Origin: Spirogloea muscicola
Lineage: Eukaryota
Assembly (NCBI GenBank): GCA_009602725.1
Contig: WELB01000020.1
Coordinates: forward strand, 829,305 to 864,829
DNA length: 35,525 nucleotides
Direction of reading: 5' to 3'
Shown here piece by piece: positions 27,391 through 35,525 of this stretch (within the stretch, counting starts at the first letter, position 1; every line of letters starts with the position of its first letter). Position numbers and translations under genes: made by a program. The notes beneath the pieces were generated by a model. It ran no database searches, was not told the origin of the DNA, and worked only from the letters and a program-made list of their open reading frames with translations.

Positions 27391-27821
27391 TTTGCCAATG
27401 TACCTATTGACAACTGCTTTCGTTCCATGTACCACCGCCTGTGGCGGCGGCGATGGCGGCGGCCAGGCTCAGAGCTCACGGCTGGCGCTCATCACAACCC
27501 CCCCTTTGGAGCTGATATAGGACTGCAGCCATGGTTATTGCATGCAAGGCGCCGTGCCGGGCGGCATTACTGGCGGCGCTAGCGGCTGGAGCTGCGCCGA
27601 GGGCAAGGCCAGGCGCCTCCACCTGCTGCGCGCGCTGCCAATGAAAAGTCGGAGAAGCAAGAAGGAAGAGAAGGGACCGTTGCGCCACGGCATACGACAC
27701 AAGCAAAGACGGCGATCAGGCTGCGGCGAGGCTGTGCGCTTGGCCTGAACCGCTGCCTGGCGCTGCTAGTGCGGCTGGCGGCGGCAGCAGTCGCCAGGCA
27801 CAGGGCTAGAGCTCGTTGCCG

Positions 27822-29735
27822 ATGCATCAGAACGGGGCCAATGGATCCCCCGCTCCCCTGCTCCAACACGAGCACACGAACGATGGCCCTGCTGCTGCCG
27901 CCGCCGCCGGTGCTACCGCACTTGTTGCAGGCGTGGACCGCCCCAATACCACCAGGCTCATTTCCCCCGCAGCCTCGGCCGCCATCGGCGGGCTCGCAGG
28001 CATCATCGAGGTCGGGCTGCAGCAGCCGTCAGTGTCCTGGAAGAATGCGATTCAAGTGAGCAGAAAGTTCTGAGCCCGGAGACATCAGCTGCACCGTGGT
28101 GGACTCGTAGATGCCGCGCTCATGGTGTCAGCCGCTTGTGGTAGCTGTTGTCGAATAGTGCTGCAGTAGATAGTTCTGCAGCCCTTGCAGGCTTCGGGTC
28201 GAACCTAGCACGAGCAGCAAAGTCATTTGGCTTTGGGTTGTGGTGGGGCCAGCTCACGCAGCAGACAAGCTTGCAGTGACCTTAAGCCATGTCTATCGAG
28301 TGTGCTCACGGCTTGCGGTCTCGACTTGTGTCTAGGACAAGCGGCCTATCTCCCTCAACCCTCGCGTGCTGTACCGCGGCGTGCTTATCAACGCCGGGAG
28401 CATGATGCCCATCAATGCCGTGCAGTTCGGGGTGAATGGCTACCTTGAGCAGCAGCTCGAGTCGTACGGTGTGCTGCCCACTGGTCATTGAGTTGATTGA
28501 CGTCGTTGAGGCCACATTTCTGTCACGACTCTGGGGCCTGACTACCTGCCTGTTCTGTGATACTTTCAGAACACCACCCCCCTCCCAGATTTTTCTCTTC
28601 TTGATCTGATAAGAGTTTCCATTGGTTACTAAATGTAGATCCTGTCTACTTAGCTAACAGCTTTGTCCTGCCTGTCCCAGTCATCCCTGTTTGTGTGCGT
28701 CTCGCTGAGCATCAGCTGTCTTCTTGATGCTGCCAGGCATGCTCAACGATCTTGGGAGGGCAGGCGTGGCGGGCGTAGCGGGAGCAGTTTCAGTGGCTGT
28801 GACCTGCCCAGCCGAGCTCGTCATGATCCAGCAGCAAAAGCTAGGGGGAACCTTGCTGGGTCAGGCGCGGGATGTCATGTCGCGGAACAGGCTGGCTTCG
28901 TTCTACCGTGGTGTGATGGGCTTACCATCTTCTTCCATTGTGCTTCGCCCCAATATATTCTAAAAAGCAGGGATGCTTTTGTGCGGGTCCACAGCCACAG
29001 CGGATGTTTGTACGTCTATTGCTCATATGCATAAGAATCTCCCCGTGGATTTGATCAGTCACAGGTGCTGGATGCATCTCTTACTGCAGCATCGATTATT
29101 TGTAGAACAATCAGCTCCACAAGGAGATACTGCCTAAATCAAGGTCGCTGTCATTGCCTACAGGTGCCCAACATTGCTCGTGACAGTGTGTACACCACAG
29201 CATATCTCGGCGTGAATCCCATCCTGCGGTGTAGGTTGCAGGCAGGGTGGCCGGCACTAAGTGAGCGCCCCTTTTTGGCTATGATTAGCTCTTCTCTGAT
29301 TTCTGGAGTAGCAGCAGCTGTGATCACACAACCATTTGACACCATCAAGACGCGGATGCAGTCAAATCTGGAGCTGCCAGAGATGAAGTCGGTTCCTCTG
29401 CTTTTTCCAGTACCATATTTCCACTCAATTTGCAGTATGTCAGCAGTATGCCTGGATGATCTGCAGCAACTGTGACTGGCATGATGTGAGGTTTCCTTCT
29501 TCAGCTCAAAATTGTGCACGACATGACCATCTCCCCTTTGCGCTGCACTCAGAGTACCTGCTTTATGCGTGCCTGCAGAAGCATGTTCAAGACGGGGATT
29601 GCCATGTGGCATGAAGGGGGGTTTCGGGGGCTGTGGAGTGGCCTCTTGCCGCGTGCACAGCGCATTGCTTGCGCCGTCTTCATCCTTGGAGAGGCGAAGG
29701 ACCGTCTCACTGATATTTATCTAAGATTCGTCTAG
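27822..29735 (+). CDS. Mitochondrial carrier family (SLC25) protein, substrate unknown
   Basis: Exons ~27822-28055, 28336-28468, 28737-28912 (donor uncertain), 29164-29387, 29579-29735. Three carrier repeats: GGLAGIIEVGLQQPSVSWKNAIQ...LYRG; AGVAGAVSVAVTCPAELVMIQQQ...FYRG; SGVAAAVITQPFDTIKTRMQ...EGGFRGLWSGLLPR. Start codon tentative. Confidence 0.85.
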
Positions 29736-30272
29736 GCCTCGCTGGCTGCGCTGCCACAATGGCTCTGCTCATTCCTCACAATGTAAGGGCCACCAAGAAG
29801 CGAAGCTGCACACATGTACCAGCACCTGCCAGCCCATGAGAAAGGTGCGCGGTGCACATGAAACGAGGGAGGCCAATGCAAGCCATTACACTGTTTAGGA
29901 GAATTACAAAGAGATATATAAGAGGGGCTAAGGTAACAAAGTACACAACTGAAGGGGCACTCTGATACGCACGAGTGAGCACATCCATCTGTTGGACCAA
30001 TATGGGGCGCTGGAGCACCAGCACAAGCACCAGCATCACGTCAAACTGAAATACCACCGGGCAGCTATCTGTCCTGCTCAATCTCCACCAGCAACCCAGC
30101 GCAGCGTACACCATTGCTGCACTTTCCAACCATTGTTTGTGCGTCTTCCCACGGACAGTTGAGCCGCTGCTAGGGCTCGCCGCCGCCGGAGTAGCAGCAC
30201 GGGCATCGCAGGGAATCGAAGGGCTGAGCACATACACACCACTGTTTGCTTGACGGCGGCCGCCTCGCGGTT

Positions 30273-30320
30273 TTTCCCGCCCGCACCCCCTGCGAGATTT
30301 GAAACAAGAAAGGCGGGAAA
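30273..30320. promoter_or_regulatory. Paired E2F sites flanking a CHR-like element upstream of SKA2
   Basis: TTTCCCGCC (30273-30281), TTTGAAA (30298-30304) and GGCGGGAAA (30312-30320, inverted E2F site), about 80-125 nt before the ATG at 30398. Confidence 0.6.
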
Positions 30321-30397
30321 CCCCTCCTCACCCCGGCTCTGCGCCGCTGCATGCACCGCCAAGCGGCGGCGGCGGCGGCGGCGGCGGCGCCAGCACC

Positions 30398-31462
30398 ATG
30401 GAGGCCGCCGCCGACCGGCTGCAGAGCCTGCTGGACAAGGCACGCGCCGACCTCGAGGTGCGAGGCCGTCGCGACGCGGCCTGGGGCTGCCGCCTGCGCT
30501 GCGCATTGTATGGGGGGCCACCGCCCCGCCGGCCGTCGCTGCAGCGGGCCTTCCCGTAGGCCGTGCGCCGCTTTGCTGAAGCGCCCATCGGGCCCGCATC
30601 GTGAAGTTCGTGGCAGAGCGGCTGGCGAACGAGTTCGACGCCGCATACTCGGAGCACGGCGTGAGTGCCGCCAACTGGCAGACGTCGCACCTTACCGCTG
30701 CTGTCCGGAACAAAATTGTGCAGAATCAATTCCTGCTATTCTATTTCTGCGCGCCCAAGCGAACTGTGTCGCTGCTTGCTGTGGTCCGCATTGGCGCTAG
30801 TGGTTGCTCAGAGGGCGCACATGTGCCCTGCATTGCAGGTGAACCCCTTGCGGCTGCTTGCCCGGATCGGCAAGCTGCAGGACGGCCTCTGGGAGCTGCA
30901 GGCCGAGTGCGACGAGGTCCTGGCGGCACGGCAGGTGCGCAGGCCCACCTCGTAGTATGGCGTGACCCGTTTGGGGTTCATATGATCGGCTCAGGCTCCA
31001 AGAATAGGGGAGGACCCAAATTGCAAAGCAGAAGGTGATGCAGGAACGTACTACTTACATAGGCTATGCAAATGAGCAACTTTGCTTGAATCTGATAATC
31101 AGGATCTGGTGGAGGTTGCCCGGCTCAAGATCTTAGCCGATCGCAGGGCTTTGTGCAATATGCAAGCAAGAGCTGGCCTTCTTGTCAGCAGTGATGACGA
31201 GGACTCTGCTTACCAGGGCTTGTACCAAGTGCTCCAGGCGTGCGAGCAGCGCGCTGACCTCAATGAGGTAAGCAGGGCTATACAACCAGAAGCCTCCTGT
31301 ATCTGCCCTGGGTACTGAAAATATTTGGGGGGGGGGGGGGGGCTGGGGGGACTGTAGCCCAGGCTTGAAACACATTCTTGAGGGGTGTATACAGATCAAT
31401 CAAGCATCTCCCGACTTTGTTTGGAAGTGCATCACAACACGCTTGAGCAGGCAGCTGATTAG
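30398..31462 (+). CDS. SKA2: Spindle and kinetochore-associated protein 2 (SKA2/FAM33A-like)
   Basis: Exons 30398-30457, 30607-30660, 30839-30934, 31103-31267, and a tentative last exon 31451-31462. MEAAADRLQSLLDKARADLEFVAERLANEFDAAYSEHGVNPLRLLARIGKLQ...CDEVLAARQDL follows the SKA2 pattern (L..KA..DL.....L..E......NP..L). Confidence 0.8.
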
Positions 31463-32104
31463 CGGGTCTCCCTTCCTGGCTTGACTAGCAGCAACCTAGA
31501 ACGAAGGCGAGTATGGCAGCTTGACTTCAAGTACTGCCAGTCTGGAACCTGCCCTTTCCCGGGCAGCACTGTGGTGGTGATGGCGTTCCTTTCGGAGTGC
31601 AGTGAAATCAGCACCCTCGGGCTACATTCACTCAGGTTCTTCCTTCCCAGTTTGATTCATCAACGATGCTGGCAAAACGTGTTGATATCAATGAAAAGCT
31701 GATGGCTTAGGCAATTGTAAACACATCTTTCTGCATTGCCGTTTGAATCAGAGCAAAGTAAGCAGCAGCAGCAGCATAAGCAAGAGTCTGGCATGTTCTT
31801 CTGCAGGGGTTGTTGTCAACCTTCAATAAGCTGGATGGCAAGAAGGCTAACAGCAGGCTTGCGATATTGCAGGTGGTTTACACCGCACCGCACTACACCG
31901 CATCATGAGCATGGCGCTAGGCGTGTGCTAAGCACCAGCCTTTATTCGTCGATGCATCCTCAATAAGAGCTGCTCAAAGTCCTCAATCTGCTGAGTACTC
32001 TTCGCAAGCTGAGTTGCAATATGATTGCAGGCTGGCATGCATAGCTCCGCGGAAAACAAAGCTCAGGGGCCAGGAGGATCTGTACCCGGGCAGCAAAGAC
32101 TACT

Positions 32105-35100
32105 CTACCTGATGAATGATCTGTCCCGTCCAAGGAAACCTGAATCGAGTGTCCTACCCTGCATCCAAAGCAATGTGTTATGATGTAAGGTTATGCACCA
32201 CTTGTATGCAAGAAATGCTGCTTGAAGGGCCATACCATGGGTATGTGCAAGTGGCAGTGTGGCGCCCAAACCTGTGTTTTGGCGCTTGGGAAAATGTTCC
32301 AGAAGCGGAGCGTCTCGTCCCCTGCTCCAGTTACAATGGTCTGCAATTGTGCACTTGCTGCTTTAAAATGGACAGCATGCCGGTCGATATGCTGGCGGCT
32401 ACTCTTCTTGTACCTATCAGCAGTAATGTAGTCTGGTGGTAATGCAGGATACGATCTTGCTGCTCTGCTGTCCATTGCACAGCATACTACCTCCTCTTAA
32501 CAGGGCATACAATCTGTGTAGCCAATGATCAGACGACCATGTCAAGCTTTGTAGACCTTTGACCTTACCTGTCCATCAGGTGCAATGGCCAGGTAAAGCA
32601 CCCTCATTGTATGACCTGTCAACGTGGCAAGCTAAAGCCACAGTGCACCATGAACATAGTCAGCAATCTGAGTACCAACTATGCCCTGATATGAACCAAG
32701 ACCAGGTGGCTGAAGGCTGCAGGCCAAGCTACTTCAACTTCCTCTTTCCTGTAAGCCAGACCTGCTTATGCCCGTAAGAAGACCAGAACGGCTTCCTCAA
32801 GTCGCTGACTTGTGATGCAGTAGAGCATTCTTGGGGTCAGCTCATATGAATCTCAGCACAACCCCTCACCTTGGACATTGTGGGATACTTCCAGACCACC
32901 ACCTGGTTTTGAGAGTATCCATGAGTGCTGACGAGCTCATTTACATTGCCAGACCATGCCAGGTTGCACACCTACAATCCATGCCGAATGTGTATGCAAG
33001 GCTGAAAGCTGAGCGGGAGGGTCTGCTTGCTCTGCTGACTTCTGCAGGGAACCAGCAATGCCATAGCGCATGCTTTGGCACATTTTGCTGTACATTAAAG
33101 CTGAATGTGCTGTGGAAGGCATGCTTGTCGCACATGTGGGCAACTGCTACTTCAGCAGTCAAAACCTTGACAACATTCTCCAAGCTTGTTGCATGCAATC
33201 TGTTGATAGACATCTACCTGACTGCTTGTGTCGACTGCACCGATTAAAGTGCTGTTAATTGTGCTCCAGAAACGGATGCACCTGTCCGCCGTCCCTCCTC
33301 CCGAGGCCAGCAGGCCATGCTGGTGGGGTGACCATGCGATTGCCTTGACGGCAGCCACATGGTCAGACCACCGAATCACGGGCTGTGTTGAGTGGAAGTT
33401 CCATACCAGCAGCTGCGAAAGCAGGGAGACGGAGCCAAATTACGCACAGCCAGGTGTGTGCAACTCAGAGATGGAAAGACAGGCGCTTGAGCTTAGTGCG
33501 TCACTCCAGATAATTAGAGAGAACCCCATGGTGTTCTCTCAGCTTCGAGCTCAATTTGGTTAGAAACCTAAGTCTTGCACTTGTACAGCTGAGAATGATG
33601 GCAAATACAAGCTGGGCAGGCCACTACTGCATCGCTAGCTCTCCGCAACAGGGCCAACAGAGTCAATACTGCAATTTGTTGCAGCTGCCGACTTACAATC
33701 AGGATTCAACTCATTTTGAACTCAAGACTGACATAATAGTGTCGGGAGAAGGCCTGAATGGTCTGTCAAAGGTATGCTGCTTTTTTAAGAGGAGACACTC
33801 AGAATAGGAGGACAGTCCACCTGGTTGTCATTTCCCCCAGAAGCCAACTCGCGGTCGTCCGGAGACCACTTTAGCCCACAGACCTGCTCCCAAGACAATG
33901 GCAGCAGGTCATGCAGGTAAGGGGTAGGCCAGTAGCAGGAGCACCAAGCTCGGCTGTAGTCAAGGAAGGTCGACATGAAATGAGAAAGCCGGAGGGCTGC
34001 TCGGTAGCAAGCACCAGTCTGAGCCGAGCGTCGTTAGCGGCCTACCTCTGACTTGTGGCCAACAAGCTTGCTGACATAATCGCCGGGGGCGCGCACGTCG
34101 CGCTGCAGGATGCTGCGGTCGCGGCTACCTGATGAGAGGATGTGCGAGTTCCATGCAAGCGCCCCCACGCGCGTGCGGTGTCCCCCCATTGTCCGCAGCT
34201 TGTCGCCCTTGGCCACATCCCAAATCTGCAGCCCTTTTTCACACGGCTCAGCTCTAAAGGAGTGGCGGGCATGAGCCAGGAGCCTGGGTCAAATGTGGGG
34301 ACAAAGAGCAGGACACCAAGCCTGCAAGTGAAAGCAGCATGCAGACATGCTAGGACATCAATGTAAAGGACGCATTTACTACAAGCGAATTGCCGTCCTG
34401 TTGAACAGTGAAGTCCAACAGTGAGGATGTTCCAGATGACGACTCCTCTGTGTCACTGGTTGGAAGAGGTACCTGGGCTTCGCCGAGGTTCGTGCCAACA
34501 GCAAGGTATGTACCACGCTGCGTCCAGCTGACAGAGCAGACGCTGTCGCTCGGGCCCAGATCGCATAGCTTTGTTACCTGTGGGCACGCTTGACTGCTTC
34601 AGTGCAGGGCCCGTGCATCGCTGAACTGGATGGACAATCTCGGCAGACTCCTAGGAGCTTGTGCATCGCAGGACGGGGAGAGAGCATGTGGATTAGCTCA
34701 CTCGGCTGGTGCAGGCGCTCCAGAGGTAGATGCACGACCCGAGCCCGACGGCAAGCAGATTTTGAGCGGACCAGTCCACAAGGTTGAGGTAGAAGTCGTC
34801 CTGCAGCGCCGGCGCGTCCAGGACCTGCAGCGGCCAAGCCGAAGCAGGTGCGGCAATCAGGTAATCTAGACAGCAAATGGTCAGCAGTGGGCGTGGGTGC
34901 TGGCGTTTCCTGTGGGTTGGAAAGTGGCAGCGGACCTTGAAAGGGGAGCGGGCGATCCGGCGCTGGTGTTGGCGGGGGGGGTTGCTGGAGGAGGGGTTGA
35001 GGTCGGAGCCGATCGGGGAGAGGGAGTAGGGTGACGGCACAGCGCCGCTGGCTGAGGACGACGATGGTGCGCCGCCGGGGGTGGTGTTGAGCTGGAAGCG

Positions 35101-35445
35101 GAACACGGGGCTGGCTGGCGAGCCACGGAGTCCGACGCTGCCGCTGGCCCGGCGGAGCCCAGCGCCGTCCCTCTCGGGCGTCACTGGTGGCGCGAGCCCC
35201 GTCGACGACGAGCTGCCGCCGCCGCCCTCAGCCCCGAACAACTCGGTCCGCAGGAGCCGGCCATACGCGGCGTGCCCGTCGCAGTCACCGGTGGCAGGCG
35301 GCGGCCGCAGGAACGTGGGCCCACCCGGCGGGGCGGCCGGCGACGGCGGGCTGTGCGCCTCCCCGAGCACAAATGCGGTGGCCAGGCCCGAGGCCGAGCG
35401 GGCGGGGATGAAGCGGTCGCCGTAGCCCGCCGCCGCTGGCGGCAT
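32105..35445 (-). CDS. CCS52: APC/C activator FIZZY-RELATED / Cdh1 / CCS52 (WD40), 10 exons
   Basis: Exons (-): 35445 (frame open to window end)-34936, 34824-34702, 34577-34473, 34225-34046, 33883-33821, 33412-33218, 32971-32870, 32631-32569, 32340-32272, 32158-32105. C-box DRFIP, Cdh1-specific AYGRLLRTELFG, RIARSPFKVLDAPALQDDFYLNLVDWS, LASGGNDN, AVKAIAWSPHQHGLLASGGGTADRCIRFW, GAGDETLRFW and a C-terminal IR tail (..SFIR*). Confidence 0.95.
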
Positions 35446-35525
35446 GCGGTAGCTTGGGGAAGCCGAGCCGCCGCCCGCCGCAAAGTGCCGGTGGTCGCCG
35501 CGGCCGTCTGCAGCCGGCTGCGGCC

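Noticed and set aside
27542..27748. 68-aa basic ORF upstream of the carrier gene
   Set aside because: No recognisable homology or clear splice link; could be an upstream ORF or leader exon but is unsupported.
31326..31350. Poly-G tract in the last SKA2 intron as a functional G-quadruplex
   Set aside because: Simple homopolymer with unreliable length and no further evidence.

Overview
Gene-dense, intron-rich eukaryotic DNA. The land-plant-like proteins, GC-rich 5' ends and GGC-repeat leaders suggest a streptophyte green alga (inference). Seven spliced genes can be traced by hand: plastid pyruvate kinase beta-type (+), plastid BCCP (+), DBP2/RH20 DEAD-box helicase (-), an Abraxas/FAM175-like protein (+), a divergent mitochondrial carrier (+), SKA2 (+) and FZR/CCS52 (-, possibly extending past the window end). 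Four intergenic blocks (about 1-600, 5380-7700, 15730-21010, 25760-27390) are patchworks of CRE-clade non-LTR retrotransposon pieces (RT plus restriction-like endonuclease) from at least five diverged families. One copy keeps an uninterrupted 852-codon RT-zinc knuckle-RLE frame. The most striking features are: (i) four families end in the same C-terminal peptide, SDLxxL(T/S)RGY*; (ii) the families share a short 3'-terminal stem-loop motif present in about 20 copies; (iii) the pieces are joined in both orientations, including a roughly 650-bp palindrome, and lie only in promoter-containing intervals. Also noted: an unexplained multi-helix GC-rich element (7229-7500), a ~500-bp foldback (21496-22000), a candidate poison micro-exon in the conserved long DBP2 intron, and an E2F/CHR module upstream of SKA2. 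All calls come from manual reading; no searches or folding programs were run.
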